From Hormiphora californensis (Eukaryota; Animalia; Ctenophora), in NCBI GenBank assembly GCA_020137815.1, contig CM035362.1, positions 620,001-684,000 of the forward strand: a stretch of DNA of 64,000 bases. Direction: 5' to 3'. The position numbers and the translations under genes are program-made. The notes beneath the pieces were generated by a model. It searched no databases. It was not told where the DNA came from and saw nothing but the letters and a program-made list of their open reading frames with translations. Positions 1-12,230 of the stretch are shown here, piece after piece; positions within the stretch are counted from its first letter, which is position 1; every line of letters starts with the position of its first letter.

Positions 1-2876
1 TCTGGTATAGGTAGTTGTGACAATCATGAAGATACAAAAGGATGCTTTGATTTCAAAGAGTTGGATCATACTACATGTCGTGGAGGTGAATACAATATTC
101 CTATAAAAATCCAACAAAGTATGAGGTGTGCCAATCCATTGATGTCTTATTGTTATTACAGTAACAATTACTATGGACAGGACCAAACCAACTGCAGTGA
201 TCCAGAACGGGTTGTAATGCAGTGCCTCTCCCAGGGTTACCCTACCACGATCTCCCTCTGGGGTTATTGCAATGACTACCAACTTTGTGATGACGGGTAC
301 AATAACGCTTGTGTTGAACCTGAACCAGATTGTAAACTTCATAAGGGGCAGCTGTGTGATGGGCGCCGTGACTGTAGTAATGGAAAGGATGAAACTTGTA
401 AAGATCTCAGTACCACAGTATCATGTATCAGAAGATTTCATTCTTCACACGAGGACAAAAACATATCCCTTTCTATTCCATTGGGTTGGGTCATGGATGG
501 TGAAGTGGACTGTCTGGACGGAGCGGATGAAGATGAAACGCAGTGGTTGAAATGCGGAAAAGATTACTACACCAGATACCAAGAAAAGGGAAGTAAATGT
601 CAGGATGTTCTTCTCTGTCCAGCGGAAAGAAACTTCATTGACTTGGACAAACTTTGCGATCGAATTAACACGTGCTCCTTTGAGACTAAATTGTGTGATG
701 CTGCTCAGCAATCTGGTATCGATGTTAGGGAACTAGTGAACCCCTACGTTACCAACTCTGGAATACGATTCACTCGGCACTGTTTTCCTAAAGGAGCTTC
801 AGACTTGGAAAAGCAATTGGGACAATGTCACACAGTGGAACACAGGGCTGGAGTAGTCAAGACTGTGCTAGACGTTCAACAACCCATCCTAGTATCGCTT
901 CCTGAGACGAAAACCAGCTGTTCTCACTTATTTGGAGAGCAATACGTCTATGCAGCATGTAATGACATTTGCCCGAATACGAAATGCCCCCTAAAACCGG
1001 TTTCTGGAGACACCTGTGTAAATATGCAGTCTTTGAGAGTTCGAGCTCTTGCAGACACCATTGATCCAAGCCTAACCACACTGGTAAAAACTGCCAAAGA
1101 TCCTGGTTTTTATGATAATAAGATATTCCCGTGTGACAATAAGAATTGCGTTCTCTACGACAATGTCTGTGATCTGAAGGACGACTGTGGAGATGGATCT
1201 GACGAAAACAACTGTGAGAATCATTTCCAGTGCAACAACTCGGACTTTATTGTCCTCTCTCGAGTGTGTGATGGCGTGGTCCACTGCAAAGATTTTTCTG
1301 ACGAGTGCCTGGAAAAGTGTCCCTCCACAAATAAGAACATTTTTGGCAATAATGTTTTGAGGTCAATAAGCATAATCATGGGTCTGATGTCAACATCTTG
1401 CAACACTGTTTCCCTCGTGAAATCGATCTGGGAGTTACCTCGCCAAACGTCCTACGAAATGTTCCTCAATAAAGCGGCTATCCTCATGATCTGCTTAGGC
1501 GACTTGATGCTCGGTATCTACCTTTTACTGATCTCCTACTTCGATTTGATCTACAACGCTGGTGGCAACTACTGTCAGGAAAGGTACCAATGGTTAAGTT
1601 CCAGCGAGTGTTCCTTCCTTGGAGTCCTGAGCACCACTGGTTCCCAATTGTCACTCTTTGCGATGACTATGCTTAGTTTGACAAGAGTAGCTAACATCGG
1701 AAACCTAATCCAAAGGGAATGCTGCAGCTACAAGTCCGTCACCAAGCTTGGACTGCTGCTTGTCACTCCAATTCTGGCAAGTATCTCCATTGCAGTCATC
1801 CCGGTGTTATCTTTAACCGAGGACTACTTTGTAAATGGTTTGTACTATCACGAGTCACCACTGTTCTTCAGTCCCGTCACCAAGACTAACCACTACAACG
1901 CATTTAAAGAGTACTTTGGTGGTCGCTCCACTTCTTGGGAAAAAGCTTCGTTCTCCTGGGAAAAAATCCGGTCGACTGTGAAAGAAATGTTCACATCTGA
2001 TTACGGAGGTAAGAATGCAGCGCTAGATTTACTTGAAGAGATAAGTTCGCCAGGCACCGACTGTACATCGCTCACCCCGTAAAGTCCTCTTCGCACCGAA
2101 ACTTCGGCCCAATGCGAAGAGGACGGCCTTATATGAGACAAGTCATTGACAGATGTGTATAAGTTGGTGACATATAGACACCTGGCGCGACCCCCGCCAA
2201 GTGTATAAGTAACACATAACACTCTATATTAATACTAAGCTTTATCAGATCAGCTCCCGTTAATCTTTCATGGTACATTACTTTTTCAGGTATAAAAAAC
2301 TCGACAGTTCATTTCTATGGAAATGACGGGGTTTGTGTTTTCAAGTACCTGGTTACCCGTGATGATCCTCAGTGGGTGTTTTCTACCATCATCCTGCTGA
2401 TCAACTTCCTGTGTTTTGTATTCATCGCCGTCAGCTACGGGTACATAAACTACAAAACCCAGGTATCGAATAGAAACGTGGGTCGAGGAACATCAAACAG
2501 TGCACTTCAGGCAAAAATATCCGCTATAATTCTGACGGACTTCTTTTGCTGGATTCCCCTGAGTATCGTCTCCTTTCTACACCTGTCGGAGGCTATTGAT
2601 GCTGTAAGTTGGTACCCGTTCTTCTCTATTCTCATTCTACCAATCAACTCGGTTTTGAATCCTCTGCTGTACGATTCCAGCCTTTACGTGAGTGTGTTTA
2701 TGCGACTAGTACGATCTTTTAGCCGTGGAGTGAGAACCATCATGATGGCTTTAAGATCGAATGAACCGGAAACTGCAGAGATGCCTGCAGAGATGGTAGA
2801 GAGTTATCGTCAAGTCACCGGAGATATAACACCCGCAGAGATGATAGAGAGTTGCCAAAAGGAAACAATAATGTAA
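1..2876 (+). CDS. LDLa-repeat class A GPCR (GRL101/RXFP-like 7TM, no LRRs), copy 1; 5' end lies outside the window
   Basis: Frame open from base 1 with LDLa motifs (CDGRRDCSNGKDE, CDLKDDCGDGSDE), then TM1-4. Donor G|GTAAG at 2008/2009 and acceptor TTTCAG at 2289 give exon 2 (2290-2876): GIKNSTVHFYGNDGVC..TDFFCWIP..LPINSVLNPLLY. Confidence 0.9.
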
Positions 2877-3812
2877 TGCTTCACAGACATCAGTACGCAT
2901 TATTTACGTAGATCAATGGAGGTTATGTATTTCAAATAAACTATAGTGTATTTGAAATACATAACCTCCATTGATTAGTGCACTAACAAAAACATGAGCT
3001 TACTTCATGTCATCTTTTTAACTGATGATGTTCATCACGATCAGTATGCGTTTACTTATAGCCTTAGGCCATACGCATACTGATCGTGATGAACATCATC
3101 AGTTAAAAAGATGAAGTGTGCTCATGGTTTTGATCAATATCATCATCATCTGCAAAAACTGCAGTGTGCGGAACATTATATGCTTCAGCTGTATCATGTA
3201 TGTTATCACTTATCAAAAACTGTAATATATTAGCTATGGGAATACGAATATTTATGATGATAGTTTTACAGAATAAGTATGAAATACCACATATATTAGT
3301 TATTTCATTAATTAACAGTTGTTTTTATTTTGTTTTAAGGTCTCTTCCACGCTATGAACTTGAAAATTTATATGTGATATCAGTACTTGACCCGCTAATA
3401 AGGGAAACATTAACAAAATTGAGCAGAGGGTGCCATGCTAAGGCCTCATTTCCGGGTGGCCGTGGTTCCTGTATATTCAGTGGTAAGCGGTAAAGGTAAT
3501 AATAGAGCCAGGGAGAAAGATATCATATCGAGGCCCCGGAGATAGATAGGAAGAGAAAGAAGTATTCTCTACATCTAGTAGTGTATTCGTAGTCATGTTT
3601 ACAATAACAGTAATTTATGATTTGTGGGAGAAGCACAATGTAGATCTATAGGCATAGCGGTGCCGACCCGATCTGACCGATCTGAGAATCTAAACTAGGT
3701 GTCTCATGGCGGTACCAGACAGCTGTAGATTCAGTTTCACTATCTGTGCAACTTATAGACGTACTACATTATTATAGATGCGGGCTATTTAACGCAGACC
3801 TCAGATCTCTTT

Positions 3813-4256
3813 GGGGGGAGACACACTGAAGTTGGGCGCGTTCGTTCAAATCTCAACCTCGCGACACACACTGAAGTTCGAAGTTCGAAGTTTCGCGAAA
3901 ACCCATTTTCGGCTGAGAAATCATTTGAAAGAGGCTAACTTATTTACTGGTACATCTCTCGAGGTGTCCTTATTCCTTAATCCATACTGAGTCAATTTCA
4001 CCGTTTTTGAAATTTTTGGCTAATCCGGTCACAGTTGTCCAAATTTTAAAAACGGTGAAATTGACCCGGTATTGCTGAAGGACACCTCGAGAGATGTACT
4101 AGTAAACAAACTAGCATCTTACAAATGATTTCTCAGCCGAAAATGGGTTTTCGCGAAACTTCGAACTTTTCCGCGAAACTTCGAACTTCGAACTTCAGTG
4201 TGTGTCGCGAGGTTGAGAGTTGAACACGCGCGACCAACCTCAGTGTGTCTCTCCCC
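3813..4256. mobile_element. Foldback/MITE (~440 bp), TIR GGG(G/A)GAGACACACTG
   Basis: Two long imperfect inverted arms cover the whole element; TSD ambiguous (TTT or CTTTG). Confidence 0.8.
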
Positions 4257-4914
4257 TTTGATGGCTATTACTTGATACGTAATAGGGCATGGGGTATGGG
4301 ATTGGGAAGTTGGGTTTAGAAATCTAGAATTTTATATTCGGCTTGCCGATGTGTTTAGACTTTAGGGATGCTAAAAAAGTTCAACGCATCATCCGAAAAT
4401 TATCTACCACCTCAGGTTCTCTAATTATTCTTAATAATGTTAATTATGACGTCATTACCAGCCACCATACCAGCTGGTGATGACTGCAGTTCTAGTTCCT
4501 GACCTCGTAAAATATTGATACATACCAACTGATAGAAGACCACTAGAATATAATAGTGGCCAAAGGAATTTTCAGTTCGATTAGAGATTTAGAGATATGG
4601 TAGAGGAGATATAGCCGTTCCCACTTGTTGAGTACCAACAAGTTCCCACGACTAATGGCTGTCATTCTACTGGTCCTTCACACTCCACTGCATGCACAAG
4701 GAGATATGAATACAATTAAAGTGTTGTTCAGACTCTCTCACACTGAAAAATAGTAGAATTATCTCAGGATATGGATCACAAATCTCAAATCTTAGCGGTC
4801 GTTCAGTCGTTGTGCAGTAGACCAAGCTTTAGTTTCAATTTTTGAAGTTAGGTACATACTGGGTCTATTGAGAATGTGAGTTTCATTTCCTGTAAAAACT
4901 AATTTCCCATCAGA

Positions 4915-7900
4915 ATGCTAGTGTTGATATTTCTACTGCTCTACTGCGTGGCACCAACAAGTTCAGTATCATCTGGTGACGATAAAGCACCAACCAACAG
5001 CCTCAGCTGCCAACTGGTGGAAATCAATGGGTATCTACACGAGAAATGTAAACTCTGGAGATTGATGTACAACAAATGCCCCCGATCGAACGAGTTTTTT
5101 TGGTTTATTGATTCTGGTAGAACACGCTGTGAAGCTATATTGTTCTCCTCACTATGCACCTTTGATCCGGGGTTCTACCAAGCTTGTGGATTTGGAGACT
5201 GCTCTGGTTACAAGGAGCTAGGTGGAACACCGCTTCTTTGTGGAACATACATTTTTGTGACGACGATCGCGATATTTCAATTATCTGAATATATCGTTGC
5301 AGGAACTTTACATGAATACCTTAGTCGGTGTCAGACTGGGAAATGCAGTAATACCGAACTAAACATGATTGACTGTGAGGGAGACCTGAAATGTAACAAC
5401 AAATGTGAGGACAGCATCTGTTCTGACGAATCATATTGCAACGGTGTGCAGTATGGGGTTAGGTGCAAAGTAGGGGGTGTTGATGAGTGGATTCCTCCTT
5501 TTTATATGTGCCCTTCTGGTTTAGGTAAACCCCGTTGTGACAATCATGAAGATACAAAAGGATGCTTTGATTTCAAAGAGTTGGATCATACTACATGTAC
5601 TGGAGGTTCATTTGATATTGCTATAAAAATCCAACAAAGCATGAGGTGTTTTAATCCAGCGATGTCTTATTGTTATTACAGTAACATTTACTATGGACAG
5701 GACCAAACCAACTGCAGTGATCCAGAACGGGTTGTAATGCAGTGCCTCTTCCAGGGTTACCCTACCACGATCTCCCTCTGGGGTTATTGCAATGACTACC
5801 AACTTTGTGATGACGGGTACAATAACGCTTGTACTGAACCTGAACCAGATTGTAAAATCCATAAGGGACAGCTGTGTGATGGACACCGTGACTGTAGCAA
5901 TGGAGGAGATGAAGTTTGCAAAGATCGCACCAAAGTAACGTGCATCAGAAGATTTCACTCTTCGCACCAGGACAAAAACATATCCCTTCCTATTCCATTG
6001 GGTTGGGTCATGGATGGTGAAGTGGACTGTCTGGACGGAGCGGATGAAGATGAAACGCAGTGGTTGAAATGTGGAAAAGATTACTACACCAGATACCAAG
6101 AAAAGGGAAGTGAATGTCAGGATGTTCTTCTCTGTCCAGCGGAAAGAAACTTCATTGACTTGGACAAACTTTGCGATCGAATTAACACGTGTTCGTTTGA
6201 GACTAAATTGTGTGATGCAGCTCAACAATCTGGTATCGATGTTAGGGAACTAGTCAGCCCCTACGTTACCAACTCTGGAATACGATTCACTCGGCACTGT
6301 TTTCCTAAAGGAGCTTCAGACTTGGAAAAGCAATTGGGACAATGTCACACAGTGGAACACAGGGCTGGAGTAGTCAAAACTGTGCTAGACGTTCAACAAC
6401 CCATCCTAGTATCGCTTCCTGAGACGAAAACCAGCTGTTCTCACTTATTTGGAGAGCAATACGTCTATGCAGCGTGTAATAACATTTGCCCGAATACTAA
6501 ATGCCCCCTAAAACCGGTTTCTGGAGACACCTGTGTAAATATGCAGTCTTTGAGAGTTCGAGCTCTTGCAGACACCATTGATCCAAGCCTAACCACACTG
6601 GTAAAAACTGCCAAAGATCCTGGTTTTTATGATAACAAGATATTCCCGTGTGACAATAAGAATTGCGTTCTCTACGACAATGTCTGTGATCTGAAGGACG
6701 ACTGTGGAGATGGATCTGACGAAAACAACTGTGAGAATCATTTCCAGTGCAACAACTCGGACCTTATTGTCCTCTCTCGAGTGTGTGATGGCGTGGTCCA
6801 CTGCAAAGATTTTTCTGACGAGTGCCTGGAAAAGTGCCCCTCCACAAATAAGAACATTTTTGGCAATAATGTTTTGAGGTCAATAAGCATAATCATGGGT
6901 CTGATGTCAACATCTTGCAACACTGTTTCCCTCGTGAAATCGGTCTGGGAGTTACCTAGCCAAACGTCTTACGAAATGTTCCTCAATAAAGCGGCTATCC
7001 TCATGATCTGCTTAGGCGACTTGATGCTCGGTATCTACCTTTTACTGATCTCCTACTTCGATTTGATCTACAACGCTGAGGGCAGCTACTGTCGGGAAAG
7101 GTACCAATGGTTAAGTTCCGGCGAGTGTTCCTTCCTTGGCGTCCTGAGCACCACTGGTTCCCAATTGTCACTCTTTGCGATGACTATGCTTAGTTTGACA
7201 AGAGTAGCTAACATCGGAAACCTAATCCAAAGGGAATGCTGCAGCTACAAGTCCGTCACCAAGCTTGGGCTGCTGCTTGTCACTCCAATTCTGGCAAGTA
7301 TCTCCATTGCAGTCATCCCGGTGTTATCTTTAACCGAGGACTACTTTGTAAATGGGTTATACTATCACGGGTCACCACTGTTCTTCAGTCCCGTCACCAA
7401 GACTAACCACTACAACACATTTAAAGAGTACTTTGGTGGTCGCTCCACTTCTTGGGAAAAAGCTTCGTTCTCCTGGGAAAAAATCCGGTCGACTGTGAAA
7501 GAAATGTTCACATCTGATTACGAAGGTAAGAATGCAGCGCTAGATTTACTTGAAGAGATAAGTTCGCCAGGCACCGACTGTACATCGCTCACCCCGTAAA
7601 GTCCTCTTCGCACCGAAACTTCGGCCCGGTGCGAAGAGGACGGCCTTATATGAGACAAGTCATTGACAGATGTGTATAAGTTGGTGACATATAGACACCT
7701 GAGCTGGCGCGACCCCCACCAAGTGTATAAGTAACACATAACACTCTATATTAATACTAAGCTTTATCAGATCAGCTCCCGTTAATCTTTCATGGTACAT
7801 TACTTTTTCAGGTATAAAAAACTCGACAGTTCATTTCTATGGAAATGACGGGGTTTGTGTTTTCAAGTACCTGGTTACCCGTGATGATCCTCAGTGGGTG

Positions 7901-8494
7901 TTTTCTACCATCATCCTGCTGATCAACTTCCTGTGTTTTGTATTCATCGCCGTCAGCTACGGGTACATAAACTACAAAACCCAGGTATCGAATAGGAACG
8001 TGGGTCGAGGAACATCAAACAGTGCACTTCAGGCAAAAATTTCCGCTATAATTCTGACGGACTTCTTCTGCTGGATTCCCCTGAGTATCGTCTCCTTTCT
8101 CCACCTGTCGGAGGCCATTGATGCTGTAAGTTGGTACCCGTTCTTCTCTATTCTCATTCTACCAATCAACTCGGTTTTGAATCCTCTGTTGTACGATTCC
8201 AGCCTTTACGTGAGTATGTTTATGCGACTAGTACGATCTTTTAGCCGTGGAGTGAGAACCATCAGAATGGCTTTAAGATCGAATGAACCGGAAACTGCAG
8301 AGATGCCTGCAGAGATGGTAGAGAGTTCTCGTCAAGTCACCGGAGATATAACACCTGGAGAGATGATAGAGAGTTCTCGTCAAGTCACCGGAGATATAAC
8401 ACCTGGAGAGATGATAGAGAGTTCTCGTCAAGTCACCGGAGATATAACACCTGGAGAGATGGTAGAGAGATGCCAAAAGGAAACAATAATGTAA
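4915..8494 (+). CDS. LDLa-repeat class A GPCR, copy 2 (complete)
   Basis: Signal peptide MLVLIFLLLYCVA, Cys-rich/LDLa ectodomain and 7TM. Exons 4915-7525 and 7812-8494 with a GT-AG intron at the same position as copy 1. Near-identical to copy 1 downstream of ~5950. Confidence 0.93.
8312..8470 (+). repeat. 48-nt coding tandem repeat (EMIESSRQVTGDITPG), ~3.3 units in copy 2 versus ~1.3 in copy 1
   Basis: Visible in DNA and ORF; accounts for the 32-aa longer C-tail (198 vs 166 aa ORFs). Confidence 0.9.
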
Positions 8495-8771
8495 TGCTTC
8501 ACAGACATCAGTACGCATTATTTACGTAGATCAATGGAGGTTATGTATTTCAAATAAACTATAGTGTATTTAATTTGAAATACATAACCTCCATTGATTA
8601 GTGCACTAACAAAAACATGACCTTACTTCATCTTTTTAACTGATGATGTTCATCACGATCAGTATGCGTTTACTTATAGCCTTAGGCCATACGCATACTG
8701 ATCGTGATGAACATCATCTGCAAAAAACTGTAGTGTGCGGAACATTATGATCATATCCTTCAGCTGTATGT

Positions 8772-8955
8772 AACACGGTCGCTTGTAGTGGGAAAACGGT
8801 AATGGAAAACGAAGATACAGTAAGACGACGCGCAACCGTGACCAATCAGGGCGCTAGTACGTGCTGACACATGAACTTTTTGCCGCGCGTTATGCACCGT
8901 GCGCGTCTCCTTACTGTATTTTGCGTTACCGTATTTTGACTGCAAGCAGCACTGT
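8772..8955. mobile_element. ~185-bp insertion in the copy-2 3' flank, absent from copy 1
   Basis: Copy 1 reads cagctgtatcatgtatgttatc (~3187); copy 2 has extra sequence with imperfect inverted ends gcttgtagt/actgcaagc. Confidence 0.6.
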
Positions 8956-9598
8956 ATGTTATCAAAAACTGTAATACATTAGCTATGGGAATACGAATAT
9001 TTATGATGATAGTTTTACAGAATAAGTATGAAATATCATGTCACATATATTAGTTATTTCATTAATTAACAGTTGTTTTTATTTTGTTTTTAGGTCTCTT
9101 CCACGCTATGAACTTGAAAATTTATATGTGATATCAGTACTTGACCCGCTAATAAGGGAAAAATTAACAAAATTGAGCAGAGGGTGCCATGCTAAGGCCT
9201 CATTTCCGGGTGGCCGTGGTTCCTGTATATTCAGCCTGGTAGCCAAAGTAGTATAATATAGAGGTCCTCTAAGTGTTCTTTTAGTTTGCCTAAACTAAAA
9301 GAACACTTAGAGGACCTCTATATTATACTACTTCTATATTCTCTATTAGAGGTACAATCGAGGTCACTAAAATGATCAGCGTCCTCGAATTAGTAAAAGG
9401 CTGCGCTCACTTGCCAGTACATATATTTTTTAGAGTGTTTTTAGTACGCGCAATTTAACGCGCGCGCGAAGTTTTCTTAGATAGCGCGGCGCGGCGCGGC
9501 GCTAAATTATTAAAATTTTATTTATTTTTTTAGTAAAAATAAAAAAGCCTTTTTCCACTTTTTAGTGGATATTTTTAAATACATACACTGATATGCCA

Positions 9599-11026
9599 TA
9601 TAGGGACCCCTAAAAAAGTTCAGTATTTTCACAGCGTTTACACAGTCTTTACACAGTCGTTACACCCAGAGCGCCCGCGCCGCTCTGGGTGTAAGGACTG
9701 CGTCTTTCGCACTCGATTTGCAGCGTTTTCGGAAACTTTTTTCGCCGCAGCGCTCAATTTACTCAATTGTGCAGCACACAATCCAATATTTTCTTAGAAA
9801 AAGCCGCAAAACGCAGCACGCGCCGCTCTGGGTGTAACGACTGTGTAAAGACTGTAAAGACGAAAATAAAAATAAAAAAAGTGTAAACTCTGTGTAAATC
9901 TGAACTTTTTTAGGGATCCCTATGGGATCCATAAACGTTTTCGCTCATATCTCCTGTTCCTGATAAGATAAAGACTTGATCTTGGTTGCGTTGAAAAGGT
10001 CTTAAAATTATCTTTCCAACGCGTTGGAAAGATAATTTTAAGACCTTTTCAACGCAACCAAGATCAAGTCTTTATCTTATCAGCGTTGCAACGCTGTTAG
10101 ATTAAAGTCTTAAGATTGCCAGGAACTTGATCTCGATTATCACGTGCTAATACAACGCCGCGCGACCTCTCTGAATGTGCGGCCCCCTGTCCCTTGATTA
10201 AACAAGAATTATTATTGCATTATGTTTCATAATGCTGTGTTTCCCTGCCAACGAATACTCAAACCGATCACATTCACTGATAAGCGATCTGCGATGAGAT
10301 CTGCGATGAGATCTCTGAGCGCCGCCCACACTAGATGATACCGTGCAATGTGATCTGATCGTCGCGACGCCAACGCCTAATTACAATGTTATGTGACACT
10401 AAGCTATGCATGGGAACTTCTCACGTTCCGTCAGTCACCATACTAACGAGCTGAGCTTTTAGTTTCGATCAGATTGATTAAGAAGTTAAATCCATTCGAG
10501 CGCTAGTAGCGGCGGCATGCTGTAACGCGCGAGGTGTGAGACCAACAACGCTGCATTGAGAGCGCCGCGCGCAGCAAATTTTGAGCGCACGCCACCACAA
10601 TCCGTAGTGAAATAACTTTGCGGACGAACTTTTCAAAATTGTCAGCATCGCGGTTGTCAGGCTGCTACCGTGACACACGCGATTTTGACCACGCTCGAGT
10701 TACTATTTCAAATCCGAGATTTCTAAACCCTTTATGATCTTTTTAGCACACGTGCTAAAACGATCATCCGGGTGGATGCCCTTCGGGCATCCACCCGGGC
10801 AGGGAAAAAATTCGACTTTACACTGTACAGTCTTTATTCAGTCGTTACACCTTTTTAGAGCGACGCGTCCTGCGTTTTGCGGCATTTTTCAAGAAAATAT
10901 CGGATTGTGTGCTGCACCATTGAGTAAATTGAGCACCGCGGCAAAAAAGTAACGAATGTTCAATGTGTTAAGTCTGTCATCTGTGTAAACGCTGTGTAAA
11001 TACTGAACTCTTTTAGGGATCCCTAT
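9599..11026. mobile_element. Nested MITE arms with TIR TATAGGGA(C/T)CCCTAAAAAAGTTCAG
   Basis: Left arm at ~9599 has inverted counterparts ending at ~9923 and ~11026, with other elements in between. Confidence 0.6.
10201..10810 (-). mobile_element. HINE/DINE-1-like non-autonomous Helentron derivative, copy 1
   Basis: On the minus strand: T-run + CCCTGCCC subTIR + GAA hairpin ... GGCAGGGAAA subTIR + GCATTATG/CATAATGC hairpin + CTTGTT. Confidence 0.7.
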
Positions 11027-11285
11027 AATGTGAACCCTTGGCATGCGCTGCAGACCGCGAATGCCGATTCGGGATGTCGCTCACCGTGCGTCCATGCATC
11101 CATAGACGTACAAGTTTTCCCCCGTGAAATTGGAATTTTTTTCAGAGTTTGTACGAGCCTATAATTTAGGCTTAAACCTATTTTTCTGTCCGAATGACGA
11201 ACCATGTTACAACAGACTATGGAGTGTAGGAGACACTAGAGTGGCACACACAAAAAATGTACTTCACAAACACGCAATTTCAAGA

Positions 11286-11836
11286 TTTTTTCCCTGCCGC
11301 ACGTGCTAAAAAGATCATTCAGGGTTTAGAAATCAGCAGATCGTGTAGTTAACTAAAATGTCCGTCCGTCCGTCCACCGTTACCGGCGCCGCGCACATAA
11401 CAACGCTCTTTGAATGAGTCAGTCGTCCGCAAAGTTATCCCACAACGGACCACGGTGGCGCGCGCTCAATATTTGCTGCGCGCGGCGCTCTCAATGCAGC
11501 GTTGTTGGTCTCACACCTCGCGCGCTACAGCATGGCGCCGCTACTAGCGCTCGAATGGATTTAACTTCTTAATCAATTTGATCGAAACTAAAAGCTCAGC
11601 TCGTTAGTATGGTGACTGACGGAACATGAGAAGTTCCCATGCATAGCTTAGTGTCACATAACGTTGTAATTAGGCGTTGGCGACGACGATCAGATCACAT
11701 TGCACGGTATCATCTAGTGTGGGCGGCGCTTAAGAGATCTCATCGCAGATCGCTTATCAGTGAATGTGATCGGTTTGAGTATTCGTTGGCAGGGAAACAC
11801 AGCATTATGAAACATAATGCAATAATAATTCTTGTT
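11286..11836 (+). mobile_element. HINE/DINE-1-like element, copy 2
   Basis: TTTTTTCCCTGCC start, (GTCC)n tract, GGCAGGGAAA + terminal hairpin; interior is an inverted copy of ~10201-10630. Confidence 0.7.
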
Positions 11837-12230
11837 CCGCACTCGAATTTGCTCGCTTTTGCTGTTCCTGATAGGATAAAGACTTAAAACCACGTGCGTT
11901 TGATGGGCCTTATTATTTCCTTTCCAACGATGCAACTGGAGATATGATCAAGTCGAATTTATTAATCAAAAGACAGTGCGCAGTGCATAATGTAATTCAG
12001 TAACTTCCTGATACAATATCGACTTGTCATTGATCGCATTGGAAAGATAAGATGTTTCCCTTTCCAACGCAACCAGGATCAAGTCTTTATCTTATCCGGA
12101 TCAGGAGCTGAGATATGACCAATTAAAGAATTAAGTGCACGGCACCCTGTCCCTTGATTAAAAAATTTGACTTTATTTGAATTATGGGCCGGTACTTACC
12201 AATGACACCTTATTAGTTCCCTAGTACCAA

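Noticed and set aside
3164-3493. 109-aa ORF duplicated at 9038
   Set aside because: AT-rich duplicated flank; frame not conserved between copies.
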